Assembly: GCF_038871235.1 (NCBI RefSeq)
Contig: NZ_JAVZIN010000004.1
Coordinates: forward strand, 1-64,000
Source: Candidatus Hadarchaeum sp.
GTDB taxonomy: Archaea; Hadarchaeota; Hadarchaeia; Hadarchaeales; Hadarchaeaceae
Length of the DNA: 64,000 bases
Direction of reading: 5' to 3'
The notes under the pieces are model-generated. The model made no database searches, was not told the DNA's origin, and was given only the letters and a program-made list of their open reading frames with translations. Of this stretch, positions 51,732 to 60,987 are shown one piece after another (position 1 is the first letter of the stretch; each line of letters opens with the position of its first letter). The position numbers and the translations under genes were made by a program.

Positions 51732-52226
51732 TTGGTTTTTGGAAGTGTGAGAATGATTAATAAGAAAACGACCAAGGAACCGACCAGCCCTCGAAAGCTG
51801 ATGGAGATAAGGGTCAGTGAGGTTATGAACAAAAGACCGCGCGTGGTTTACGAAGATACTTCCATCGATGGTCTTTTGGAGAGAATCCTTGGGCAGATAG
51901 AGGACTGTTTTCCTGTCGTCGATAAGGATTTCAGGCTGGTGGGCATAGTCACGGAGAGCGATCTCTTTCAGGTACTTTATCCACAAATCCCTTCAAAGAC
52001 CGTAGGTAGCGCAAAGATAAGGGAGATTCTTAAGTATTCAGCTAAAACTGTGGGTGATATCATGACGAGACGCCCGATCAAGATCACGCCCGAAATGACC
52101 CTTGGCGAGGCCATGGGGATAATGGCGTCTCACAAGTTAAGGCGACTGCCTGTTGTCGAGGGCGATAAGTTAGTTGGTCTTTTGTCACTAAGGCACATAA
52201 TCGAGCTTTATCGAATCATCAGGTAG
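51732..52226 (+). CDS. CBS-domain pair protein
   Basis: FPVVD...LVGIVTESD, RRLPVV...LVGLL; true start probably downstream. Confidence 0.88.
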   Translation: MVFGSVRMINKKTTKEPTSPRKLMEIRVSEVMNKRPRVVYEDTSIDGLLERILGQIEDCFPVVDKDFRLVGIVTESDLFQVLYPQIPSKTVGSAKIREILKYSAKTVGDIMTRRPIKITPEMTLGEAMGIMASHKLRRLPVVEGDKLVGLLSLRHIIELYRIIR

Positions 52227-52235
52227 GTTGGTTTC

Positions 52236-53447
52236 ATGGAATTTGAGGCCTCATCAGTACTGCTTTACCTAGCGGTTTTTCTGATAGCAGCCAAGGCGGG
52301 TGGAGCGCTGTCCTCTAAATTGGGCCAGCCGGAGGTTTTTGGTGAGCTTATCGCTGGAATATTGATCGGTCCTTCAGTAGCGGGCGCAATTACCCAAGGT
52401 CTACTGGGTTTTTCGCTGTGCGTTGACCCCGATGCCCCAGCTGGGCAGTTCATGGCCCTGCTGGGAGAACTCGGCATAATAATACTGATGTTCATCGCCG
52501 GACTTTCAATTGAAGTTGAAGAGTTCCGAAGGTCCGGTAGGCCATCAACCATAGTCGCGGCCAGTGGTGTGGCGGTGGCATTTTTGTTGGGTTTTGGGGC
52601 GGCTTCATTTTTCGGATGGACCCCCTTAGAGGCAGGGTTCGCTGGTGGAATTCTAGTCGCCACCAGCGTGGGCATCACGGTGAGAACACTGATGGAGATA
52701 CGCGTGCTCCACACCAAAGTAGGATTGACAATTCTAGGGGCAGCCGTCATTGACGACGTTTTGGGCATAATAATCCTGAGTGTTCTATCCGGGATGGCTT
52801 TTGGTAGCTTGTCCTTTTTCGGAATAGCTGAGATCCTTTTCTTGATGGTTGTTTTTTTCGTAGTAGTTCTGGTTTTTGGTTTTAGAGTAGTTCCTCGGTT
52901 GCTTTCGTATGCTAGCAGATTTGCCGCCGATGAGATCGTCCTCTCCATTGCATTCGCGATAGTTTTTTTAGTTTCCGCGATGGCTGAGAAAGTTAGAATA
53001 GCGGCCATAACCGGTGCCTTTTTAGTGGGGCTAATTACAAGCAAATCTCAATTTGCCGATTCCCTAAGAGAAAAAGCTACCACAGTTGGTTACGGACTTC
53101 TTATACCACTGTTTTTTGTCAATATGGGTGTTGAAACGAATCTTCAAGCTCTGGCATCGGTCGGTTTTCTTGCTGTTGCCTTCTTGGCAATCGCGATGTT
53201 CGATAAGATTGTTGGCTGTGGGCTGGGTGCTCTCCTCAGCGGGTTTAGTGTTAAGGATTCACTGAGAGTTGGGGTGGGAATGATGCCGAGAGCTGAGGTC
53301 GCCTTGATAATGGCCTCCATAGGTTTGAAGGCAGCGGTTGTTGGTCAGTCGTTGCTATCGATGACGGTGATGGTTGTGCTGCTGACATCTTTAGTAACTC
53401 CCCTACTGGTTAAGCTTGCCTTTAAAGGAGCCGAAAAAGAAGCATAA
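52236..53447 (+). CDS. Cation:proton antiporter (CPA2/NapA-like)
   Basis: GELIAGILIGP, ATSVGIT, GAAVIDD, GMMPRAEV. Confidence 0.92.
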   Translation: MEFEASSVLLYLAVFLIAAKAGGALSSKLGQPEVFGELIAGILIGPSVAGAITQGLLGFSLCVDPDAPAGQFMALLGELGIIILMFIAGLSIEVEEFRRSGRPSTIVAASGVAVAFLLGFGAASFFGWTPLEAGFAGGILVATSVGITVRTLMEIRVLHTKVGLTILGAAVIDDVLGIIILSVLSGMAFGSLSFFGIAEILFLMVVFFVVVLVFGFRVVPRLLSYASRFAADEIVLSIAFAIVFLVSAMAEKVRIAAITGAFLVGLITSKSQFADSLREKATTVGYGLLIPLFFVNMGVETNLQALASVGFLAVAFLAIAMFDKIVGCGLGALLSGFSVKDSLRVGVGMMPRAEVALIMASIGLKAAVVGQSLLSMTVMVVLLTSLVTPLLVKLAFKGAEKEA

Positions 53448-53537
53448 AAAGCAGTGGAATTTAGTCCTTGTTAACTTTGGCCGCATCAGTTGCATAGGAT
53501 TAATTATTTGTCGGTTTAAAGATTGATTGGGGCGTCG

Positions 53538-54731
53538 ATGTATAGGGACATCTTTGAAGAGGAGCTGAGCAGGGACACGGTCTTTCGCGACCCCAGCAAG
53601 CTGATGCCGGAGTATGTGCCGCAGGTACTTGTTCATCGAGATGAGGAGTTTCGCCAGCTAACCAGATTTTTCAAACCAGTGCTTGAGAATAGATCGAGCC
53701 AGCGGGTTTTGGTTACCGGAAGCGTTGGGGTCGGCAAGACGGTCTTGACGCGGAGGTTCGGCGCGGAGCTTGAGAAGGCAGCGAGCAGCAGGGGCATGGC
53801 TCTGACCTATTTACACATCAACTGCCGCAAGGACAGAACCATTTACTCGGTGATCGCAAAGATCCTGCAGCACTTTAATCCTCGTTGGCCCTATCATGGT
53901 CTCGGTCCGGAGAAGCTTCTTAACGATGTAGTTACCTATCTCAACTCCCGTGATGCCTATCTCACAGTCACTCTTGACGAGCTCGATTTTTTCGTGCAGC
54001 AGAACGGCCCAAATCTCATTTATTCCCTGACGAGGACCGCGGAGGAATCAGGTGGTCCCAATCGCATAAGCCTCATTGCCATTGCGCGGGACAAAAGTTT
54101 TCTGAGATCTCTGGACGCAGCTACCCAGAGCACCTTCATGCACAATGTAATCTCACTCGACCGGTACAGTGCCTCTCAACTTAGAGACATCCTTACCAGC
54201 AGGATGAATGAGGCTTTCAAGCCAGGCGTGGTTGAGGAGGACACGATTGATTTGATAGCCGACATTGCTTCGAGATGGGGCGATGCCCGCTTTGCGCTGG
54301 AGTTACTCTGGCGCGCTGGCATGGCTGCGGACGCCGAAGGTGTGAAACAAGTTACTCCGGAGCACGCTCGGAAAGCCAAAGCAGAGGTCTACCCGGAGAT
54401 CAGGAGGGAGACCCTGCGAGATCTTCAGCTGCATGAGAAACTGACCCTGCTCGCGGTGGCCCGAAAGCTGGTTTTATCTAAACGAGCCTATGCATTCACC
54501 GGCGATGTTGAGAGGACCTACCGCGTGGTGTGTGAGGAATACCGAGAGGAAGCTAGGAGACACACTCAGTTCTGGGAGTATCTGCAGAGGCTCAGCGCTT
54601 TAGGCTTGGTGGACATGAAGCCCTCTGGGGTGGGGCAGCGTGGGCAAAGCCTCAAGATAAGCATTCAGGAAGTTCCTGCAGAGTGGTTGGAAAAAGAATT
54701 GGAAAAATTGATCAAAGGAAAGTCCACTTAA
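53538..54731 (+). CDS. cdc6: Second Orc1/Cdc6 paralog
   Basis: YVP..LVHR, GSVGVGKT, LDELD, GDARFALELL, C-terminal wHTH. Confidence 0.92.
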   Translation: MYRDIFEEELSRDTVFRDPSKLMPEYVPQVLVHRDEEFRQLTRFFKPVLENRSSQRVLVTGSVGVGKTVLTRRFGAELEKAASSRGMALTYLHINCRKDRTIYSVIAKILQHFNPRWPYHGLGPEKLLNDVVTYLNSRDAYLTVTLDELDFFVQQNGPNLIYSLTRTAEESGGPNRISLIAIARDKSFLRSLDAATQSTFMHNVISLDRYSASQLRDILTSRMNEAFKPGVVEEDTIDLIADIASRWGDARFALELLWRAGMAADAEGVKQVTPEHARKAKAEVYPEIRRETLRDLQLHEKLTLLAVARKLVLSKRAYAFTGDVERTYRVVCEEYREEARRHTQFWEYLQRLSALGLVDMKPSGVGQRGQSLKISIQEVPAEWLEKELEKLIKGKST

Positions 54732-54769
54732 TTTCAAGCTTTTTATCATAAAATGTTAAGTTTGGTTTC

Positions 54770-54888
54770 GGGGTCGTGGGGTAGCTTGGTCTATCCTTCT
54801 GGCTTAAGGTCATTGTGCGACCTGCCGAACGGGGCTTAGACCAGAAGCGTAAAAGCCAGAGACCCGAGTTCGAATCTCGGCGACCCCA
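54770..54888 (+). tRNA. tRNA-Pro(CGG) with two introns: 33/34 (54806-54829) and 37/38 (54834-54853)
   Basis: Acceptor GGGGTCG/CGACCCC, A73, Pro-type D-arm; spliced arm CTGGC-TT-CGG-GA-GCCAG; both introns fit BHB geometry. Confidence 0.88.
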
Positions 54889-54891
54889 CCT

Positions 54892-55074
54892 TCATCTTTT
54901 CGAACGTTTGCGCTTTAACGGCCTAATGCGGTTCAGCTTCCGCAGCAGGAACCACAGCGTCACAGCGATGAGGATATAAGCCACGCCCTTGACCATGTTC
55001 CAAAGAAAGGTTTCGAAAAGGGCGGCCTGTACGCTAGTGGCCAAAACCAAGACCATCGGGCTAAGTTCCGGCAA
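54892..55074 (-). CDS. Small hypothetical membrane protein
   Basis: 60 aa; hydrophobic segments followed by a basic tail; no family recognised. Confidence 0.45.
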   Translation of the reverse strand: MPELSPMVLVLATSVQAALFETFLWNMVKGVAYILIAVTLWFLLRKLNRIRPLKRKRSKR

Positions 55075-55144
55075 TTAACCCCCAAAATTATTGGTCCATC
55101 GTTTTTAAATACCGATTCGAGCTTATTATCTGGGATGGATTAAA

Positions 55145-56182
55145 ATGAACGGCAGATTAATGGTGGCTGAGGATTTAACTGGGGCGATAGGCAACACGCC
55201 ATTAATTAAAATGAGTAAGATTCCAAAAAATTCCAAGGCACCAAATCTGGAGCTTTTCGGAAAGGCTGAGTTTATGAACCCCTCAGGCAGTCTCAAGGAT
55301 CGAATATTGTTCAAAATCCTGAGCAAGGCGATTGAAGAAGGCCAACTCAAAAAAGGCATGACTATTCTGGAGAGTACTACAGGTAACACCGGCATTGCCA
55401 CCTCCATGATGGGTGCATTATTGGGTTTTCCTGTGGTCATCGTAATGCCGGCAGGAATGAGTGAGGAAAGAAAAAAGACCATGAGAATTTATGGGGCCAA
55501 GGTTTTGGAGGTCCCTGGTGCTGAATCTGACGTTGATTTGGCTCTCAATAGGGCGAAGGAACTCATCAAGAAAAATCCTAGGAAATACTTTTTCGTGGAT
55601 CAGTTTAACAATCCTGAAAATGTTCGGGCCCACTATGAAACGACCGGGCCTGAGATTTGGGAGCAACTGGGCGGTAAGCTGGATGCTTTCGTAGCCACCG
55701 CCGGAACAGGGGGCACCATTACCGGGGTGGGAAAATATCTGAAGGAAAAGAACCCGAAGATCAAGATATATTTGGTCGAACCATCCGAATCTCCTGTCTT
55801 GTCAAAGCAGCGCTGGGGAACGCACCAAATTGAGGGTATCGGTGATGGTTTCATACCATCCATTTTGGACATCTCAGTACTTGATGGTGTCATTCTGGTC
55901 GACTCTAAAAATGCTATAGGGATGACGCGAAGACTTGCCCGGGAGGAAGGGCTGTTCGTTGGGATATCAAGCGGGGCCAATGTTAAGGCCTGTTTGAAGT
56001 TGCATAAAAGGCATCCGGAACTGAAGCGCATCGTTACCATGCTCAATGATCACGGCTATCGCTACTTCTCAACCGCCGTATTTGGTGAGGTCAAGATTGT
56101 TGAGATACCGAAGCGGCCGCATCCCATTGAGATTACTACCGAGCAGCGCAGGATTCTCTCTAAGCTAGAAGTTATCGAGTGA
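55145..56182 (+). CDS. cysK: Cysteine synthase family PLP enzyme
   Basis: IGNTPL, NPSGSLKDR, TTGNTG, GTGGT, HQIEGIG, GISSGA. Confidence 0.88.
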   Translation: MNGRLMVAEDLTGAIGNTPLIKMSKIPKNSKAPNLELFGKAEFMNPSGSLKDRILFKILSKAIEEGQLKKGMTILESTTGNTGIATSMMGALLGFPVVIVMPAGMSEERKKTMRIYGAKVLEVPGAESDVDLALNRAKELIKKNPRKYFFVDQFNNPENVRAHYETTGPEIWEQLGGKLDAFVATAGTGGTITGVGKYLKEKNPKIKIYLVEPSESPVLSKQRWGTHQIEGIGDGFIPSILDISVLDGVILVDSKNAIGMTRRLAREEGLFVGISSGANVKACLKLHKRHPELKRIVTMLNDHGYRYFSTAVFGEVKIVEIPKRPHPIEITTEQRRILSKLEVIE

Positions 56183-56266
56183 ATTTTTTTTGACTTTTTC
56201 CGGTGTAGATGATAATGTGTTGTTAGCAAGATACTTATTTAGCGGAGGTGCGCAGAGTTTAAAAAG

Positions 56267-56617
56267 GTGGTGATTATGAAAGGTGGCAGACTCACTGAGT
56301 CTCTCAGGGTGTTTCTTGAGAAAGGTAGTGACTGGGAGAGAAAACCAACAACTCTGCCTGGAGTTTTCATCGTCAAGCTCCCCCCATATGGAAAATCGCC
56401 AACCAGGTTGGTGGTGGAGATAAACCCGATAGATTCCTCGGGCAAGCCTTCCAGAAGAAGAGGCTTTATCATTCGCAATTCTCAGGAGTTTATTAAAATC
56501 AGAGAGATGTTTACCGATGACAAGCTTGCTGATCTTCTCAGAGGCATAGATGAGGTTAACCCTCAGGGTCCGGAAAGGCCCAAACCTAAGCCCGCTGAAG
56601 AGGTCATCGAGATCTGA
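56267..56617 (+). CDS. Hypothetical protein
   Basis: Protein-like 116-aa ORF with AAGGTG SD, 7 nt upstream of the helicase gene; function not recognised. Confidence 0.7.
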   Translation: MVIMKGGRLTESLRVFLEKGSDWERKPTTLPGVFIVKLPPYGKSPTRLVVEINPIDSSGKPSRRRGFIIRNSQEFIKIREMFTDDKLADLLRGIDEVNPQGPERPKPKPAEEVIEI

Positions 56618-56624
56618 TCTCCCG

Positions 56625-58736
56625 ATGTCGGTAGTTAATCCTTTAGTCAGAGCCGAAGCTTTGGAGGAGCGAGCCTACCAACTCAAAATTGCCGAAGAAG
56701 CGGTAAAAAGAAACACCCTCGTTGTTCTTCCCACTGCCTTGGGAAAAACAGTTATAGCTGCGCTGGTGGCGTCTCATTTTCTCTATAATTACAGCCAACT
56801 GAAAGTTTTGGTGATGGCTCCCACTAGGCCGCTTGTCTTGCAACACCGCGACACTTTTCTGAGGCTTTTGAAACTCCGCCCGGATGATGTTCAGGTTCTT
56901 ACGGGCAAATATAAACCGAACTTTAGGCTTCAGGCGTGGCAGGGCAAATCAAGAATTTACTTTGCCACGCCCCAAGTTGTAGATAATGATCATAGCCTTG
57001 GCATGAGCCTCAAGGATTTCAGTCTTCTGATTTTTGACGAGTGCCACCGGGCTAGGAAGAACTATGCCTACACGCGGGTAGCCCAAGCCTATGTGGGCGA
57101 GGCCCCTTATCCTATTATTCTGGGACTTACCGCCAGCCCCGGGGCCGATCGGGAGAAGATCGAGGAGATCTGCAGGGCTCTTTACATAGAGCATGTCGAG
57201 GCTCGAACCGAGGAGGACGAGGATGTTAAACCTTACCTCAATCCCGTCGCCGTTGAATGGAAGCTAGTACATTTGCCGGAATCGCACCGAGCAATTGAAA
57301 GAAGCATCAGACATATGCTGGACGATCGCCTTCAGAGATTATCCGCCATGGGAGTGGTTAGAAAAAATCCAAGATATATATTCAGATCAGACCTGCTGAA
57401 GGCGGGGGAGGCTATCAGAAGCAGGTTGGAGCAGGTCTCGACCCCGGAAGAGCGGGGCCCGCTTTTCTCTGCTCTGGTCTTGCAGTCCTCCGCGCTGACT
57501 CTTTTCCACGCCTTGGAGCTCTTGGACAGCCAAGGGCCGCAGACTCTGAGACTTTTCTTGAACAGAGTAAAAAACAGCGGCAAGACGGGGCACAAGACAA
57601 TAGTTTCCGAACTCGTTTCTAATGGAATTTATCAGGTTCTTGAGTCCGGTAACCTTGAGGATCATCCCAAGGTGGAAGTTTTGGAGAAGCTAGTGTTGGA
57701 GCAACTCTCCTCTAACCCCTCTTCGAGGATAATCGTCTTCACCCAATATCGTGATACCTCAACTTACCTGGCGGCGAGATTGTCTAAGCTTGGTTTGACG
57801 GTGGTGAGATTTGTCGGACAGGCCGCTCGAGGTCAGGACCAAGGTTTGACTCAGGATCAGCAGTCCCTGCTGTTAGAGAGGTTCAGATCAGGGGACATCA
57901 AAGTCTTGGTGGCGACCAGTATCGGTGAAGAAGGACTGGATATACCGAGCGTTGATCTGGTGATTTTCTACGAGCCAGTTCCCAGCGAGATCAGATACAT
58001 TCAAAGAAAGGGGAGGACCGGCAGAAGGAGTTTTGGCAGGGTCGTCATCTTGGCGGCTGAGGGCACCCTTGACGTTAATTACTTGAGGGCCAGTAGAAAG
58101 ATGGCGGAAAGAATGAAACAGATGGTGAAAGGGTTGAACTCAGAACTTCATCCCATCATCCGTTTGGGGACACCACCGGAGAGGAACCCGCTTTCCCCCG
58201 AGTTTATATCCGAGGCGGAGGTCCCCCAGCCACTGGCGGAGACAGCTGTTGTTTCATCGTCCGAAGTGGAGCTGCTCGAGAAAGAGAGATTGTCAAGGTT
58301 CAATCGAGAAGTCAGGGAAACTGCCAAGCGGATCTTGGGTTCAGTTTTAATCGCTGGGAAGAGAGGACTGTCCTTTGAGGAGTTATACACCGAGCTTGAG
58401 GAAGAGGGGAGAAATCACGCCACTATTAGAGCAGCCGTTGATAAACTTCAGGCAGAGGGTCAGTTAAGGGAAAGGGAAGGAAGGTTGTACTCCATAGGTG
58501 CTGCGGCTGTGTCCCCGGGAACGGAGCGTCATGTTTTTGAGGTTTTGAAAGTGCAGCTGGGTGAAGCCATCCTGATTGTTGACGATCGCTTCCGTGCAGT
58601 TTTAACATCCGCGGATTATAATGGTCCCAGAGAGCTGCTTCGCAAGGGTAAAAGGTTCAGCGCAGTTTCAGAACTTTATGAACATGATGGAGTGCTTTAC
58701 GCCCGGATCTATGCCATTGAGGAGGCCCTAGCTTAA
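56625..58736 (+). CDS. Hef/FANCM-type SF2 helicase without recognisable ERCC4 nuclease domain
   Basis: RAYQ, PTALGKT, DECHRA, LTASPG, HPK, FTQYR, TSIGEEGLDIP, QRKGRTGR. Confidence 0.9.
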   Translation: MSVVNPLVRAEALEERAYQLKIAEEAVKRNTLVVLPTALGKTVIAALVASHFLYNYSQLKVLVMAPTRPLVLQHRDTFLRLLKLRPDDVQVLTGKYKPNFRLQAWQGKSRIYFATPQVVDNDHSLGMSLKDFSLLIFDECHRARKNYAYTRVAQAYVGEAPYPIILGLTASPGADREKIEEICRALYIEHVEARTEEDEDVKPYLNPVAVEWKLVHLPESHRAIERSIRHMLDDRLQRLSAMGVVRKNPRYIFRSDLLKAGEAIRSRLEQVSTPEERGPLFSALVLQSSALTLFHALELLDSQGPQTLRLFLNRVKNSGKTGHKTIVSELVSNGIYQVLESGNLEDHPKVEVLEKLVLEQLSSNPSSRIIVFTQYRDTSTYLAARLSKLGLTVVRFVGQAARGQDQGLTQDQQSLLLERFRSGDIKVLVATSIGEEGLDIPSVDLVIFYEPVPSEIRYIQRKGRTGRRSFGRVVILAAEGTLDVNYLRASRKMAERMKQMVKGLNSELHPIIRLGTPPERNPLSPEFISEAEVPQPLAETAVVSSSEVELLEKERLSRFNREVRETAKRILGSVLIAGKRGLSFEELYTELEEEGRNHATIRAAVDKLQAEGQLREREGRLYSIGAAAVSPGTERHVFEVLKVQLGEAILIVDDRFRAVLTSADYNGPRELLRKGKRFSAVSELYEHDGVLYARIYAIEEALA

Positions 58737-60140
58737 TCCAGATGCTCTTCGCTACCTGATTTTCTGATGATTCCTCTGGCCGCAAGTAACCCCGTGGCGG
58801 CGGCTGTGACGATTCCTCTTGAGAGACCGGCTCCGTCTCCTGCCACGAAAAGATTTGGAACGCTAGTTTCCATATTTTGGTCGACGTTTATCTGCATGGC
58901 GTAAAGCTTGACCTCAGGAGCGTAAAGCAATGTTGAGTCAGAGGCAACTCCCGGAACCACTTTATCTAGACGTTCAAGTCCCTCGATGATGTCGGTTACT
59001 ATTCTTCCGGGCAGGGCCATCGAGATGTCGCCGGGTGTGACGCTTTTGAGGGTCGGAACCACATGTCCTCTTTCAATCCTTTCCCAGGTCGAGCGTCTTC
59101 CTGCCCGAAGATCGCCCATGCGCTGGATTAATGGTCGCCCACCACCTATTGTGGTCGCGAGATAAGCGATGGACCTTCCATACGCGTTTGTATCGGTGAC
59201 CGGTTGGGTAAGTCCAACGTGAACTAAAAAGGCGAAATTGGTGTTTTTGGATTTTTTATTGCGCAACGATTGCCCATTTACTCCAACGTGATCGTCGTAG
59301 CGTTCTTCCATCACCCATCCTTCAGCATTTGTACAGAAAGTACGCACAAAATCGTCGAAAGTTTTTGTCTGGATGTGAAATTTGGGGTCTCTGTTTACCC
59401 GGACAACCGGCTCGTAGACAACTGCCGGCACTTCCACTCTGACGCCGATATCCACAGGGAGGTGGGTCAGTTTGACGCCTAGCGACTTTGCTTGTGCAGC
59501 GAACCAGTCGGCCCCGACCCTCCCGGGTGCAGCTAGAATGTAGTCAGTTTTTACTGTGGAACCGTTGATGATGACCTTACCCTGTCCGATACTTTCGACC
59601 TTTGTGTTCAGCATGATTTTGACTCCGCGCTTTTCGAGTTTTTGCCGGATGGAATTTATTACCTCAGGAAGATACTCACTGCCGATGTGCCTCTGCGGGA
59701 TTGGTATAAACCTAATTCCGGCGGCGGCTGCTTTTCTAGCCAGTTCATCGATCCCGGCCGTGTCCTGTCCGTAAACTTCCTTTGGGGCCCCATTCTCGAC
59801 AAAAATTTCGTCAACTTCTTTCACCAGTTCTTCGGCTTTTTCCACGCTTTTGGTGAACTTGCTCAGGTCTCCCCCGATGTCATATCTGAGGTTCAGAATG
59901 CCGCTCGACATTCCTCCAGCTCCGCCGAGTCCGGACATTATGTGACAGGGCACGCAACCGATACACTTGCCTGTCTTGGTTGCCGGACAATATCTCTTGG
60001 TTATGTCATTTCCCCAGTCAACTATAGTCACCGATAATTTTGATTTTCGAGATAGCTCGTAGGCGGCGAAAAGTCCCGCCGGACCGGCTCCAATTATAAG
60101 AACGTCGGTCGTTTTATCCCCCGATGTTTAACTCTGCCAT
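58733..60140 (-). CDS. FAD-dependent oxidoreductase; N-terminus separated by an apparent frameshift
   Basis: DVLIIGAGPAG is in frame upstream of the tracked start 60031; ATG 60140 is out of frame across a G5 run; DIGVRVE, RTFC, GDGAGLSRG motifs. Confidence 0.8.
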
Positions 60141-60171
60141 CTTATAAAAGCTTTTTTAGTCGGTTTTGCCC

Positions 60172-60945
60172 TCACTTGAGTGTTTTGATTTTTCCCAAGA
60201 AAGTTCCGTCAAGCAAGTAGGCCTCAGCCTCATCAAGCTTCACGGTACCAGAACGAAAGATAGGTCCGATCAGTTCCTTGGGCAATCTACGGTTCATGGC
60301 CGCGCCGCCGACGAGCTCGCTGAACGCAGGTACCACGATTAACTCCGGTAACTTTTGCTTGACCGATGGAATTAATTTTTTAGGTATTTTTTTTGGATTC
60401 AGTTTTGCCCGTAACCAGATGGGTTCGATTGACCTGCCGCCAAGCTCGTCTCGAAATTCTATTGCCGGATGATTGTGTCCAGCTATGATGAACTCTGTGT
60501 TGAAGAGTTCCGGCGCTGGCCAAGTATGGCCATGCACGAGGCCGACTCTTTTTCTTTTTCCCAAGACAATGCCGTGCGGATCGTGAATGGTGACTTCATG
60601 CGGCACCATGCCCTCCAGATCACCGTCGTGGTTTCCTTTGACAATATCGATTCTAGCCAGCCGAGCCAGATCTTCGAAAAGAGAGGGCAACTCTCGCCAC
60701 TCATGCCAAGTTGTTACCGGAATGTTATGTTTAACATCGCCCAAAATTATGAGTCGATTGGCTTTTTTCTCCTCGATGAGGGCAGTTAATCTCGCCTTCA
60801 ACCCAGGTATCTGACTGGGCAGGGAGATGCCTCTATCTGCCAGCTCGTGCTCGATTCCTATATGCAAGTCTGAAATCACGATTATCTTTTCCTCATTTAT
60901 TTTCAATATAAGAGCCGGCGTTCCATATATCGGAACGGCTTTCAT
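60172..60945 (-). CDS. Metallophosphoesterase (calcineurin-like)
   Basis: SDLHIG, LGDVKH, GNHD, HGH, GHNHP. Confidence 0.9.
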   Translation of the reverse strand: MKAVPIYGTPALILKINEEKIIVISDLHIGIEHELADRGISLPSQIPGLKARLTALIEEKKANRLIILGDVKHNIPVTTWHEWRELPSLFEDLARLARIDIVKGNHDGDLEGMVPHEVTIHDPHGIVLGKRKRVGLVHGHTWPAPELFNTEFIIAGHNHPAIEFRDELGGRSIEPIWLRAKLNPKKIPKKLIPSVKQKLPELIVVPAFSELVGGAAMNRRLPKELIGPIFRSGTVKLDEAEAYLLDGTFLGKIKTLK

Positions 60946-60987
60946 AAGAGTAAATTCGTCGACTAAAGTTATAGGTCTATTGGATAT

